A DNA stretch of 64,000 nt from an uncultured Clostridia bacterium (GCA_944389395.1 CALXME010000002.1:17617-81616), one strand, 5' to 3'; shown: positions 49,349-60,281, counted from the first letter of the stretch. The notes: generated by a model not told the origin, from the letters alone. Numbers and translations are program-made.

Positions 49349-49636
49349 ATGCAAGTAAGTAAAGAAGAAATTTTGCATATAGCAAACTTAGCAAATTTAA
49401 ATTTAGAAGAAAATGAAATAGAAAATTATTTAACTAATTTACAAGAAATTCTAAACTTTGCAAATATTGTTAATAATGCACCAGTAGAAGGATTAGATAT
49501 CACAATAGGAGCAAACGAAGCAAAAAATGTATTTAGAAAAGATGAAATAAAAGTATTTGAAGATAATGAAAGTTTATTAAAAAATGCAATTTCAAAAGAA
49601 CAAAATATGTTTAAAATACCAAAAGTACTAAACTAG
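49349..49636 (+). CDS. gatC: Asp/Glu-tRNA(Asn/Gln) amidotransferase subunit C
   Basis: 95 aa; HIANLANLNL...; position before gatA. Confidence 0.85.
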   Translation: MQVSKEEILHIANLANLNLEENEIENYLTNLQEILNFANIVNNAPVEGLDITIGANEAKNVFRKDEIKVFEDNESLLKNAISKEQNMFKIPKVLN

Positions 49637-49722
49637 AATAATTGGTAATTAGGAAACTATACCATTTTAGCTAAAAATGATTATTTTATGATTAGACGAA
49701 AAAATAAGAAAGGAGATTAAAA

Positions 49723-51192
49723 ATGAATATAACTGAATTTACAGTACATGAATTACAAGATAAGTTAAAAAACAAAGAATTAACAATCTCAGAAATAACA
49801 AAAGCTTATATTGAGAGAATTGAAGAAAAAGAAAAAGATGTACAAGCTTTTGTAACAATACTAAAAGATGATGCAATAAAAAAAGCTGAAGAAATACAAG
49901 AAAAAATAGAAAAAAAAGAAATACAAGGTGAATTTGCAGGAATTCCAATTGGAATAAAAGACAATATATGCACAAAAGGAGTTAAGACAACATGTAGTTC
50001 TAAAATGTTAGAAAACTTTGTTTCTCCTTATGATGCTACTGTAATGGAAAAATTAAAAAAAGAAAATATAATTAATTTAGGAAAATTAAATATGGATGAA
50101 TTTGCAATGGGAGGTTCTACAGAATATTCCTATTTCAAAAAAACAAAAAATCCATGGAATTTAAACAAAGTACCAGGTGGTTCTTCAGGAGGAAGTGCAG
50201 CAGCAGTTGCAGCAAATCTAGTGCCATGGGCTTTAGGGTCTGACACAGGTGGTTCTATTAGACAACCTGCTAGCTTTTGTGGAGTAGTAGGATTAAAGCC
50301 AACTTATGGATTAGTTTCTAGATATGGATTAGTAGCTTTTGCTTCATCACTTGACCAAATAGGTCCTATTACAAAAGATGTTAAAGATTGTGCAATGTTA
50401 TTAAATATTATTGCAGGACATGATGAAAAAGACTCAACATCAGCAAATGTAGAAAAGAAAGATTATACAAAATGTTTAAAAAATGATGTAAGAGGACTAA
50501 AAATTGGTGTTCCAAAAGAATTTTTTGGAGAAGGTATTAATGAAGAAGTAAAATCATCTCTAAAAGAAGCAATTGAAAAATATAAAGAATTAGGAGCTAA
50601 AGTAGAAGAATTTTCACTAGATATAGCACAATATGCATTAGCAACCTATTATATTATTGCTTGTGCAGAAGCAAGCTCTAATTTAGGAAGATTTGATGGT
50701 ATTAGATATACATATCGTGCACCAGAATATAAAAATTTAAAAGAATTATATAAAAAAACAAGAAGCGAAGGATTTGGACCAGAAGTTAAAAGAAGAATAA
50801 TTTTAGGAACTTATGTATTATCATCTGGATATTATGATGCATATTATAAAAAAGCACAACAAGTACGTACTTTAGTAATGAATGAATTTAATAAAGGATT
50901 TGAAAAATATGATGTAATATTAACACCAACAGCTCCAACAGTAAGTTTTGATATAGGCTCAAAATCAAATAATCCATTAGAAATGTATTTAGCAGACATT
51001 TGTACAGTATCTGTAAATATAGCAGGACTTCCAGGAATTTCAATTCCAGTTGGAGTAGATAGTCAAGGCATGCCAATAGGAATGCAATTAATAGGAAATA
51101 AATTCTGTGAAGAAACAATATTAAATACGGCATATACTTATGAACAGGCAACTAATTTTAGAGAAAAATATAAGCCAACATTTAAAAAATAG
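49723..51192 (+). CDS. gatA: Asp/Glu-tRNA(Asn/Gln) amidotransferase subunit A
   Basis: Amidase signature [13 protein letters not shown]...[12 protein letters not shown]. Confidence 0.9.
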   Translation: MNITEFTVHELQDKLKNKELTISEITKAYIERIEEKEKDVQAFVTILKDDAIKKAEEIQEKIEKKEIQGEFAGIPIGIKDNICTKGVKTTCSSKMLENFVSPYDATVMEKLKKENIINLGKLNMDEFAMGGSTEYSYFKKTKNPWNLNKVPGGSSGGSAAAVAANLVPWALGSDTGGSIRQPASFCGVVGLKPTYGLVSRYGLVAFASSLDQIGPITKDVKDCAMLLNIIAGHDEKDSTSANVEKKDYTKCLKNDVRGLKIGVPKEFFGEGINEEVKSSLKEAIEKYKELGAKVEEFSLDIAQYALATYYIIACAEASSNLGRFDGIRYTYRAPEYKNLKELYKKTRSEGFGPEVKRRIILGTYVLSSGYYDAYYKKAQQVRTLVMNEFNKGFEKYDVILTPTAPTVSFDIGSKSNNPLEMYLADICTVSVNIAGLPGISIPVGVDSQGMPIGMQLIGNKFCEETILNTAYTYEQATNFREKYKPTFKK

Positions 51193-51202
51193 AAAATAAA
51201 GG

Positions 51203-52462
51203 GTGAAAAAAATGAAAAGTTCAAATAAAGGTAGTAAAATATTAGTCTTTATATTAATTGCTTTAGTTATTATTGCAGGAATTGTAGTAGGTAAACAAAT
51301 CCTACAAGTTCAAGAAACAAATAAAGAAAACAATATCCAATCAATAAATACAAGTGTAAACACTCAACAAAATCAAACTAATACAACAAATAATATTGTT
51401 GAAGAACAAACAAATGAAATTGTAAATCAAGAACCAGAAGAATTATTTAGCCAATATTATGACAAAGCAGAACAATTAATGAAAAACATGACAATAGAAG
51501 AAAAAGTAGGTCAAATGTTTTTAGCAAGATACCCAGAAAATAATGTAATACAAGAAATAAAAGAACAAAATCCAGGTGGATATATTCTATTTGGGAGAGA
51601 TTTCGAAAATGAAACAAAACAATCGATTTTACAAGAATTAACAAACTGCCAAGAAAATAGCAAAATTGGATTAGTATTAGGAGTAGACGAAGAAGGTGGA
51701 ACAGTAGTAAGAGTAAGTGCATATAAGGCTTTTAGAAATACTAAATTTTTATCACCACAACAAATATGGGCACAAGGGCAACTAGGTGCCATATTAAAAG
51801 ATTCAACAGAAAAATCAACATTACTAAAAAGTATTGGATTAAATATGAATTTAACACCTGTTGCAGATGTACCAACAAAAACAAATTCTTTTATATATAA
51901 AAGAGCATATGGAAGAGGAGCAGAAAAAACAGCTATATATGTAGAAGAATTAATAAAAACAATGAATCAAGATGGAATGATTTCTACAATGAAGCATTTC
52001 CCAGGATATGGAGATAATGTAGATACACATACAGGAATTGCAATAGACGAAAGACCTTATAGTACTTTTGAAACAGTAGACTTTTTACCATTTAAAAGTG
52101 GAATAGAAGCAAAAGGACCAACTATTTTAGTAAATCACAATATTGTAAAATGTATGGATGCAGAAAAACCAGCATCTCTATCAGAAAAAGTACATGAAAT
52201 ATTAAGAGAAGAACTAAATTTTTCTGGAATTATAATGACAGACGATTTAGCAATGGATGCTGTAAAAAGTTATGTTGAAAATGGAGAAGCAGCAGTACAA
52301 GCAGTACTTGCTGGTAATGATATGATAATATCTTCAAACTTTGCAGAACAAAAACAAGAAATTTTAAATGCAATAAAAAATAAAAAAATATCAGAAGATA
52401 TTATAAACAAAGCTGTAAAAAGAATATTAGCATTCAAATATGCTTATAACATAATAAAATAA
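51203..52462 (+). CDS. Glycoside hydrolase family 3 beta-N-acetylhexosaminidase-like protein with an N-terminal membrane anchor
   Basis: VDEEGGTVVR, KHFPGYGD and MTDDLAM motifs. Confidence 0.75.
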   Translation: MKKMKSSNKGSKILVFILIALVIIAGIVVGKQILQVQETNKENNIQSINTSVNTQQNQTNTTNNIVEEQTNEIVNQEPEELFSQYYDKAEQLMKNMTIEEKVGQMFLARYPENNVIQEIKEQNPGGYILFGRDFENETKQSILQELTNCQENSKIGLVLGVDEEGGTVVRVSAYKAFRNTKFLSPQQIWAQGQLGAILKDSTEKSTLLKSIGLNMNLTPVADVPTKTNSFIYKRAYGRGAEKTAIYVEELIKTMNQDGMISTMKHFPGYGDNVDTHTGIAIDERPYSTFETVDFLPFKSGIEAKGPTILVNHNIVKCMDAEKPASLSEKVHEILREELNFSGIIMTDDLAMDAVKSYVENGEAAVQAVLAGNDMIISSNFAEQKQEILNAIKNKKISEDIINKAVKRILAFKYAYNIIK

Positions 52463-52514
52463 TAAATTACAAAGAAAGGAGAAAATCATATAATTTATTA
52501 TATGAGAAAAGAAA

Positions 52515-53957
52515 ATGGTAAAAGAAGATTTTGAAGTAATAATAGGATTAGAAGTTCATGCAGAACTTTCTACAAAAACAAAAATATTTTGTTCCTGTCC
52601 AACAGAGTTTGGGGCAGCACCTAATACTCATACATGCCCTATTTGTATGGCAATGCCAGGAACATTACCAGTATTAAATGAAAAAGTAGTAGAATATGCA
52701 GTAAAAGCTGGACTTGCAACTAATTGTGAGATTGCAAGAGATAGTAAAAATGATAGAAAAAACTATTTTTATCCAGATACACCAAAAGCATATCAAATTT
52801 CTCAATATGATAAACCTCTTTGTGAGCATGGATATGTAGAGATTGACGATAAGGAAGGAAATAAAAAGAAAATTGGATTAACTAGAATTCATATTGAAGA
52901 AGATGCTGGAAAATTAAATCATGATGAACTAGGAGGAGGAAGTCTAGTAGATTTAAATAGAGCAGGAGTTCCTCTAATTGAAATTGTATCAGAACCAGAT
53001 TTACGCAGTAGTGAAGAAGTAGAAAAATATTTAAGAAAATTAAAATCTATCTTGGAATATATTGAAGTATCAGATTGTAAAATGCAAGAAGGCTCATTTC
53101 GTGCAGATGTCAATGTATCTGTTAGGAAAAAAGGAGATAATAAATTAGGGACTCGTACAGAAATGAAAAATATGAACTCTTTTAGAAGTATCACAAGAGC
53201 CATTGAATATGAAGTAGAAAGACAAATAGATATCATAGAAGAAGGCGGAAAAGTAGAACAAGAAAGTTTAAGATGGGATGATGTTTCTGGAAAGACATTT
53301 TCTATGAGAGATAAAGAAGATGCAGAAGATTATAGATATTTTCCAGAACCTGATTTAGTAGCAATTAAACTTTCAGAAGAATATATAGAAAATATAAAAA
53401 ATACTCTACCAGAATTACCAGAAAGTAGAAAACAAAGATATTTAGAACAATATAAACTTTCTGAAAAGGATGCTAAATTAATTACATCTTCTAAATATTT
53501 ATCAGATTTATTTGAACAAACAATCGAAATATGTCATAATCCAAAAGCAGTTTGTAACTGGATTATTTCAGATATTTCTAGAATTTTAAATGAAACAGAA
53601 ATGGAACCAATAGAAATTCCATTTGACAGCAAACAATTAGGTGAGCTAATCATTTTAATTGACAAAGGAACGATTAGTTCAAGTATTGGGAAAAAAGTAT
53701 TAGTAGAATTATTTGAAAATCCTAGAAGTCCAGAAGAAATAATAAAAGAAAAAGGATGGCTTCAAATTTCAGATGAAGGAGCGATTAAAGAAATAGTAAC
53801 AAAAATCCTAGAAGCAAACCCACAATCTGTTGTAGATTACAAAGGTGGAAAAGATAGAGCATTAGGATTTTTGGTAGGACAAGCAATGAAAGAAACAAAA
53901 GGAAAAGCAAATCCACAAATGTTAAATAAAATGTTTTTAGAAGAATTAAATAAATAA
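52515..53957 (+). CDS. gatB: Asp/Glu-tRNA(Asn/Gln) amidotransferase subunit B
   Basis: IGLEVHAEL..., NRAGVPLIEIVSEPD, and a C-terminal GatB_Yqey domain. Confidence 0.9.
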   Translation: MVKEDFEVIIGLEVHAELSTKTKIFCSCPTEFGAAPNTHTCPICMAMPGTLPVLNEKVVEYAVKAGLATNCEIARDSKNDRKNYFYPDTPKAYQISQYDKPLCEHGYVEIDDKEGNKKKIGLTRIHIEEDAGKLNHDELGGGSLVDLNRAGVPLIEIVSEPDLRSSEEVEKYLRKLKSILEYIEVSDCKMQEGSFRADVNVSVRKKGDNKLGTRTEMKNMNSFRSITRAIEYEVERQIDIIEEGGKVEQESLRWDDVSGKTFSMRDKEDAEDYRYFPEPDLVAIKLSEEYIENIKNTLPELPESRKQRYLEQYKLSEKDAKLITSSKYLSDLFEQTIEICHNPKAVCNWIISDISRILNETEMEPIEIPFDSKQLGELIILIDKGTISSSIGKKVLVELFENPRSPEEIIKEKGWLQISDEGAIKEIVTKILEANPQSVVDYKGGKDRALGFLVGQAMKETKGKANPQMLNKMFLEELNK

Positions 53958-53984
53958 AATCTCACATTTAATTATTAATTATTT

Positions 53985-54083
53985 AGAAAAGCTTGATATA
54001 TAGCTAGCTATTTTTAATCAAACATAGTTAGGGTATAACGAACTGTGTCTTGATTTTCAAATATCTATATATCAAGCTTTTCT
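53985..54083. repeat. Palindromic repeat family copy C (diverged)
   Basis: 19-bp stem AGAAAAGCTTGATATATAG / CTATATATCAAGCTTTTCT. The apex ACATAGTTAGGGTATAACGAACTGTGTC is homologous to copies A and B. Confidence 0.6.
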
Positions 54084-54098
54084 AATATCATATAAAAA

Positions 54099-54305
54099 CT
54101 ACTGTTCTTTTTTATCTGATTGTTCATCATCATTTTCATCTTTGTCATCTTTTTTTTCAGATTTAACATCATGAGGAATTACAATATTTTTTGGCTTTTG
54201 ACTATTACCTTTAGGTTTTGCAGCATTTAAATGGTCATAAACAGGTGAAATATCCAAATTAGAACCATCACCAGAAATGACTTCTAATTCTTTTTTATCA
54301 CTCAT
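54099..54305 (-). CDS. Small acidic hypothetical protein (68 aa)
   Basis: ORF with RBS GGAGG (AATGGAGGTAGCTTATG on the minus strand). I recognise no family. Confidence 0.4.
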   Translation of the reverse strand: MSDKKELEVISGDGSNLDISPVYDHLNAAKPKGNSQKPKNIVIPHDVKSEKKDDKDENDDEQSDKKEQ

Positions 54306-54479
54306 AAGCTACCTCCATTATTTATTTTGTTCTATCTTACCACAAACTAATAAAATGTGCAACATAACATACAAAATATTGACAGAATGCAAAATTTCTG
54401 CAATAATAGAACTATTCTAGAGTAAGAAATAAATCCTAAACAAGGAGGGAAAAGTTAGTAAAAACTAACAAAAAATAAT

Positions 54480-55082
54480 ATGGAAATTGATAAAATAAAA
54501 GCAACCATAGAAGCTATTCTTTTTGCTACAGGCAGACCAGTAACCCAAAATGAACTTATTCTAACTTTAGAAATAACGCAAGAGCAACTAGAACAAATCA
54601 TAGAAAATATGCAAGAAGAATATAAAGAAGCAAAAAGAGGAATAGAATTAATAAAAATAGATAATAGTTATCAATTATGTTCTAAAAAAGAATATTATGA
54701 AGCGATATATCCTATCATAGATAAAAGAAGTAAGCCAAATTTATCAAATGCGGCTTTAGAAACATTAGCAATTATCGCATATAATCCTAAGATATCAAGG
54801 GCAGAAATAGAAGCAATAAGAGGAGTTTCAGCAGATGCATGTGTCTATAAACTATTAGAATATGACTTGGTAGAAGAATCAGGAAAATTAGATTTACCAG
54901 GAAAACCAATGGGATATCAAACTACAAATAAATTTTTACAAATGTTTGGATATAGTTCTTTAAAAGATTTGCCAGAATTACCAAGATATAAATTAGATGA
55001 AAATAAACAAATTGTCATAGATGAATTAGAGGCTCCATCACCCGAAAGGGAAGAAGAACAGGTAGAAAATCAAAATAATTAG
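54480..55082 (+). CDS. scpB: Segregation and condensation protein B
   Basis: IEAILFATGRPV..., LSNAALETLAIIAYNPKISRAEIEAIRGV. Confidence 0.85.
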   Translation: MEIDKIKATIEAILFATGRPVTQNELILTLEITQEQLEQIIENMQEEYKEAKRGIELIKIDNSYQLCSKKEYYEAIYPIIDKRSKPNLSNAALETLAIIAYNPKISRAEIEAIRGVSADACVYKLLEYDLVEESGKLDLPGKPMGYQTTNKFLQMFGYSSLKDLPELPRYKLDENKQIVIDELEAPSPEREEEQVENQNN

Positions 55083-55098
55083 GAAAGAAGGAAAAAAG

Positions 55099-56379
55099 AT
55101 GAAATTATCACAAACAGGAATGGGTACAACAAAATTAAGTAATATAGATGAAATGTATCCAGGACAAAGTATATTATTACAAACAGGACAATTAGTTCAA
55201 TATGGAGCAGGAATTTTTGCATATGGTACAATTCCTTTAATTGTAAAAAGAAATATAGAAAAAATAATAGTTGAAACCCTAAATAAATATGGATGTATAG
55301 AAGTATCATTACCAACTTTACAACCAGATACGATATGGAAAAACTCAGGAAGATATGACCACTATGTAAATGATGGAACTATGTTAATTACAGAATCTAA
55401 TAAGGGAAATTTCTGTTTAGCACCAACAGCAGAAGAAGCCATGTTAGAATATGCTAGAGAAAAATTAAAATCTTATAAAAACTTACCTGCAACCTATTAT
55501 CAAATTGGAGAAAAATTCAGAAATGAAATAAGAACAAGAGGATATTTGCTAAGAGGAAAAGCATTTACTATGTTAGATGCATACAGTTTTGACAAAGATG
55601 AAAAAGAAATGACAATTTCTTATGAAAATGTGAGAAAAGCATTTTTAGAAATATTTGAAAAAATAGGATTAAAAGTAATACCAATTGTTGCAGATAATGG
55701 TGCAATGGGTGGAAAAAAATCAGAAGAATTTATGCTAATATCAGAACAAGGAGAAGATAAAATTCTTTATGATGAACAAACCAAAATGGGACTAAACACA
55801 GAAATATTAGAAAGAGAAGACTATAAAGAATATTTAAAACAAGAATATGGAATAGAAAATCTCTCTAACTTCAAAGAAATTAGAACAATGGAATTAGGAC
55901 ACATCTTCCAATTAGGAACAAGATATTCTGAAATGATGAATGGAAAATATATTAATCAAGAAGGAAAAGAATCTCCTTATTATATGGGATGCTATGGAAT
56001 TGGTGTTAGTAGAACATTAGCTGCTGTTTATGAACAAGCACTAATGAAAGATGAAAAATGGGGAGCATGTGGTTTTGCATTACCAAGAGCAATAGCACCA
56101 TATATGGTTCAAATTGTTCCTAAAATGGAAAACGAAGAAAAAGTAAATCTAGCTAAAAAGCTATATGAAACTTTACAAAAAGAAAATATTAATGCTATTT
56201 TAGATGATAGAGAATTTGTAACAATGGGTGCAAAAATGAAAGATTGCAAAATTTTAGGAACTCCATATTTAGTAGTTATTGGAGATAAACAAGAAGGCGA
56301 CAAATTTGAATTGGAAAATATTGCTACAAGTGAAAGAAAATTAGTAACTCAAAATGAGTTAATTGAGATTTTAAAATAA
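55099..56379 (+). CDS. proS: Proline--tRNA ligase-like class II aaRS lacking the bacterial INS editing domain
   Basis: WKNSGRYDHY, APTAEEAM, YQIGEKFRNEIRTRGYLLRGKAFTMLDAYSF and a HGTP-type anticodon-binding C-terminus; 426 aa. Confidence 0.6.
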   Translation: MKLSQTGMGTTKLSNIDEMYPGQSILLQTGQLVQYGAGIFAYGTIPLIVKRNIEKIIVETLNKYGCIEVSLPTLQPDTIWKNSGRYDHYVNDGTMLITESNKGNFCLAPTAEEAMLEYAREKLKSYKNLPATYYQIGEKFRNEIRTRGYLLRGKAFTMLDAYSFDKDEKEMTISYENVRKAFLEIFEKIGLKVIPIVADNGAMGGKKSEEFMLISEQGEDKILYDEQTKMGLNTEILEREDYKEYLKQEYGIENLSNFKEIRTMELGHIFQLGTRYSEMMNGKYINQEGKESPYYMGCYGIGVSRTLAAVYEQALMKDEKWGACGFALPRAIAPYMVQIVPKMENEEKVNLAKKLYETLQKENINAILDDREFVTMGAKMKDCKILGTPYLVVIGDKQEGDKFELENIATSERKLVTQNELIEILK

Positions 56380-56384
56380 ACAAA

Positions 56385-56415
56385 TAGGACATAGAAAAAT
56401 CTATGTCTTTTTCTT
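56385..56415 (+). terminator. Intrinsic terminator after proS
   Basis: TAGGACATAG-loop-CTATGTCTT followed by a T-run. Confidence 0.6.
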
Positions 56416-56479
56416 TTATTCTTGTAATAAGCATACAAACATGATACAATAAGCATAAAATAAGAAGAAGGAGAAAATA

Positions 56480-57007
56480 ATGAATGAAATTCAAAAAATT
56501 GCAATAATAGGAGGCCCGGGAACAGGAAAAAGTACTTTAGCTAAAAATTTAGGGAAAGAATTGAAATTACCAGTTTATCATATAGATGGAATTCATCATT
56601 TGAAAAATTGGGAAATAAGACCATCACAAGAAAGAAACACTATTATTTCAGAAAAAGTAAAAGAACCTAAATGGATTATAGATGGAACTTATAAGGCTAC
56701 TTTGGAAGAAAGAGTAATCAATGCAGACTTAGTTATATTTCTAGATTACTCGACTATTGCAAAATTAAAAGGAATCCTTTCAAGATATTTTAAAAATAAA
56801 GGAAAAGAAAAACCAGAGATTCCAGGTTGCAAAGAAAGAATGAACTTGGAGTTTATCCAATTAACAATGAATTGGAACAAAACAAAAAGAAAAATAGTAA
56901 AAGATATTTTGGATAGATATAAAAATAAAAAAATATTAATTTTTAAGAATAGAAGATGTTTAAATAAGTGGTATGAGAATAAATTTAAAAAGAGAATAGA
57001 ATTATAA
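56480..57007 (+). CDS. P-loop NTPase, adenylate-kinase-like (topology modulation protein family)
   Basis: Walker A IIGGPGTGKST; size and layout of the FlaR-like family. Confidence 0.6.
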   Translation: MNEIQKIAIIGGPGTGKSTLAKNLGKELKLPVYHIDGIHHLKNWEIRPSQERNTIISEKVKEPKWIIDGTYKATLEERVINADLVIFLDYSTIAKLKGILSRYFKNKGKEKPEIPGCKERMNLEFIQLTMNWNKTKRKIVKDILDRYKNKKILIFKNRRCLNKWYENKFKKRIEL

Positions 57008-57168
57008 GATAATAAAAGGTCAATTCATAAAGGACACTAATTCAATTAGAATAGAAAAGTTCTAAGATTTCAAGAAATAACTTGAAATTTTAGAACTTTT
57101 AAAACATAAATCACCTTTTATGTAAAGAAAACATAAAATATAACAAAAACATAAAAGGAGGAGAAAAA

Positions 57169-58419
57169 ATGTCAACCTACATAATACAAGGAGGAAAAAA
57201 GCTAGAAGGAGAAGTAACCATCTCAGGATCCAAAAATGCAGCATTACCAATTATTGCAGCAAGCATATTAAATGCAGGAAAAACAACACTATATAACTTA
57301 CCAGATATCCATGACACACAAATGATGTTTGAAATATTAAAAAGTATAGGAGGAAAAGTAACCAAAAAACACAATAAAGTCATAATAGATACATCAAAAG
57401 TAAATAAATATGAGATAAAAGAAGAATTAATGAGACAAATGCGTTCCTCTGTAATTTTTGCAGGGAGTTTATTGGGAAAACACCATCAATGTACCTTCTG
57501 CTATCCAGGAGGATGTGACATTGGAACAAGACCAATCGACCTACATTTAAAAGCTTTTGAAAAAATTGGTATAAATATTAGCAAAAACTATGGAAATATT
57601 AGTTGTAGTTGTGATAAAATAACAGGGGAGAAAATCGATTTCGAATTTCCTAGTGTAGGAGCAACCGAAAATGCAATCTTAGCAACCTGCTTAGCAGAAG
57701 GAAAAACAGTTATCACAAACGCTGCTAGAGAGCCAGAAATTATCGATTTACAAAATTTTTTAAATAAAATGGGAGCAAATATCAAAGGAGCAGGTTCTAA
57801 TAAAATAGAAATAATCGGAGTAAAAAAATTAAAAGATGCAAGTTATAACATCATGCCAGATAGAATAGAAACAGGGACATTCCTTTGCATGGCAGCGATG
57901 ACCAACAGCAATATCACAATAAAAAAAGCAAATCCATTACACATTACACCTGTTATTGATAAATTAGAAGAAACAGGATGTACCTTAAAAATAGAAAAAG
58001 ATAGCATAGAAATACTGTCACCCAAAAAATTAAAAGCAGTAGATATAAAAACAATGCCATACCCAGGATTTCCAACAGATTTACAATCTATCTTTGCAAC
58101 CATGTTGACAACTGCAAAAGGAACATCTGTCATAATAGAAAATATTTTTGAAAATAGATATCGATATACACAAGAACTAATACGAATGGGAGCCAAAATA
58201 ACAATAGAAGGAAAAACAGCAGTAATTAAAGGTGTTAAGAAATTATATCCAGCAAATGTAAAAGCAACAGACTTAAGAGGAGGAGCTTCTATGGTAATTG
58301 CAGCATTATCCACAAAAGGTATAACAAAAGTGGATAACATAGAATATATATTAAGAGGATATGAAAACTTTGATAATAAAATCCAACAACTGGGTGGAAA
58401 AATTGAATTGCAAAAATAA
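57169..58419 (+). CDS. murA: UDP-N-acetylglucosamine 1-carboxyvinyltransferase
   Basis: ISGSKNAALPI..., YPGGCDIGTRPIDLH (catalytic Cys), and DLRGGASMV. Confidence 0.9.
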   Translation: MSTYIIQGGKKLEGEVTISGSKNAALPIIAASILNAGKTTLYNLPDIHDTQMMFEILKSIGGKVTKKHNKVIIDTSKVNKYEIKEELMRQMRSSVIFAGSLLGKHHQCTFCYPGGCDIGTRPIDLHLKAFEKIGINISKNYGNISCSCDKITGEKIDFEFPSVGATENAILATCLAEGKTVITNAAREPEIIDLQNFLNKMGANIKGAGSNKIEIIGVKKLKDASYNIMPDRIETGTFLCMAAMTNSNITIKKANPLHITPVIDKLEETGCTLKIEKDSIEILSPKKLKAVDIKTMPYPGFPTDLQSIFATMLTTAKGTSVIIENIFENRYRYTQELIRMGAKITIEGKTAVIKGVKKLYPANVKATDLRGGASMVIAALSTKGITKVDNIEYILRGYENFDNKIQQLGGKIELQK

Positions 58420-58422
58420 ATA

Positions 58423-58468
58423 CTAAAAGTTTATATATGAAAGTAAAATGGAATATATAAACTTTTAG
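58423..58468 (+). terminator. Hairpin with a 16-bp perfect stem (CTAAAAGTTTATATAT / ATATATAAACTTTTAG) after murA
   Basis: Seen directly. All-AT stem with no clear T-run. Confidence 0.45.
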
Positions 58469-58504
58469 AACTCCATATTAGATAGCAAAGGAGGGAGAAA
58501 AAGA

Positions 58505-59506
58505 TTGAAGGCAAAAGAAAACAATGTGAATATGTATTATATGAATCAAGGGAAAAAATCAAAAGAAACCATTGATGAAATGATGCAAAGAAAAAAAGCA
58601 AAAGAAAGAGAAAAAAGAATAAAATTACAAAAACAGCAAAGGCAAGAAGATAAATTTGATTTTGAAACAGAAGAAGTAATAGGAATGACTAATAGAAATA
58701 ATCATAAAAAACAAGAAGCCAAAAAGAAGAAAATATCAAAGCAAGAAATAGCGAAAAACAAAAAGAAAAAAAGAATAAAGAAATTTTTAAAATGGACAAC
58801 CATTATATTGATATTATGTGGTGGAATAACATTTTTAATGGTTTCTCCAATTTTTAATATAAAAGAAATAGAAGTAGTACAAAATAATAGAGTTTCAGCA
58901 GATACAATAAAGAGCTTATCTGGATTAAACTCTAATATGAATATTTTTAGATTTTGGTCAGCAAATGTAGAAAAACAAATTGAAGAAAATGCATATATTG
59001 AAGATGTTAAAATTAAAAGAAAATTACCAAATAAAATACAAATTGAAGTAATAGAAAGAGAACCAAGATTTAGTATTCAAATATTAAATAGTTATGGATA
59101 TATAAGCAGTCAAGGGTATATATTAGAGATAAATAACAATGAATTAGCACTTCCAGTTATAACAGGCATAAATACCCAAGAGGAAAATAGAAAAGTAGGA
59201 TATAGATTAGTTGAGGAAGATTTATATAAATTAGAAGAAATACTTAAAATTATGAATACGGCAAAAGAAAATAATTTAGACACCAAAGTCACAAGTATTG
59301 ACATTAGCCAAAAAAATGAATATATTATGACTATGCAAGATGAAAAGAAAACAATATATTTAGGAGATATAAGTAACTTAAGTGCAAAAATGGTATATAT
59401 ACAAGGTATTCTAGAAGATAATAAAGATAAAGAAGGAACAATATTTGTAAATGGAGATTTTAATAAAAAATTCAGGCCATATTTTAGAGAAAAAGTGACT
59501 GTATAA
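58505..59506 (+). CDS. ftsQ: Cell division protein FtsQ/DivIB (Lys-rich N-terminus, TM, POTRA)
   Basis: TM TTIILILCGGITFLMV followed by the POTRA-like segment FNIKEIEVVQNNRVSADTI. Position is upstream of ftsA. Confidence 0.75.
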   Translation: MKAKENNVNMYYMNQGKKSKETIDEMMQRKKAKEREKRIKLQKQQRQEDKFDFETEEVIGMTNRNNHKKQEAKKKKISKQEIAKNKKKKRIKKFLKWTTIILILCGGITFLMVSPIFNIKEIEVVQNNRVSADTIKSLSGLNSNMNIFRFWSANVEKQIEENAYIEDVKIKRKLPNKIQIEVIEREPRFSIQILNSYGYISSQGYILEINNNELALPVITGINTQEENRKVGYRLVEEDLYKLEEILKIMNTAKENNLDTKVTSIDISQKNEYIMTMQDEKKTIYLGDISNLSAKMVYIQGILEDNKDKEGTIFVNGDFNKKFRPYFREKVTV

Positions 59507-59520
59507 AATGAGAGGAGGAA

Positions 59521-60261
59521 ATGTTAGAAATAACTAACATGTCGAATATGATAAATAAGAAAAAGACAAGTATTGTATTAGGAATTATGTGTTTTGCATT
59601 AACATTAGCAATAGTAATTCAAATAAGAACAGTAGAAAACACGAATTCTACTGTTAGTCAAAACTATGAAGAAAATAACTTAAGAGCAGAAGTATTAAAA
59701 TATAAAGAAAGATATGAAAATAAATATAAAGAGCTAGAAAAAGCTCAACAAGAATTAGAAAATGTAAGACAAAAAGCAACTCAAAACAATGGAGAATTGG
59801 AAGAAGCAGAAAATCAAATAAACCAAGCAAATAAAATAAACGGAACAACAGAAGTGACAGGACCAGGAATAATAATTACATTAACAGATGGAAAAAGCAT
59901 GCCTAATACATTAAATCCAAATGATTTAATTGTACATTATTTAGATATATTAAGTGTTGTAAATGAGTTAAAAAATGCAGGAGCAGAAGCTATTAGTGTA
60001 AATGATCAAAGAATAGTAAATACAACAGGGATATCATGTTCTGGTAATATAATAGATATTAACGGAGAAAGAGTAGGTTCACCATTTGTAATAAAAGCAA
60101 TAGGACTTCCTGAGTATTTAGCAAATTTATCAAGACCAGGTGGATATTTAGAAAAAATGAAAGATGATGGAGTAGATGTAAAGATAGAAAAAAGTAATAA
60201 TGTAACTATTCCAAAATATACGGGTGTAATAAGCTTTAAATATTTAGAAAACATAAAATAA
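59521..60261 (+). CDS. DUF881 family division-associated protein (YlxX/YlxW-like), copy 1
   Basis: TM, coiled coil, then VTGPGIIITL...LSVVNELKNAGAEAISVNDQRI. Confidence 0.7.
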   Translation: MLEITNMSNMINKKKTSIVLGIMCFALTLAIVIQIRTVENTNSTVSQNYEENNLRAEVLKYKERYENKYKELEKAQQELENVRQKATQNNGELEEAENQINQANKINGTTEVTGPGIIITLTDGKSMPNTLNPNDLIVHYLDILSVVNELKNAGAEAISVNDQRIVNTTGISCSGNIIDINGERVGSPFVIKAIGLPEYLANLSRPGGYLEKMKDDGVDVKIEKSNNVTIPKYTGVISFKYLENIK

Positions 60262-60281
60262 AAGCAAAAAGGAGTGGCAAA

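Noticed and set aside
57843-58340. 165-aa minus-strand ORF
   Set aside because: Antisense shadow of murA.
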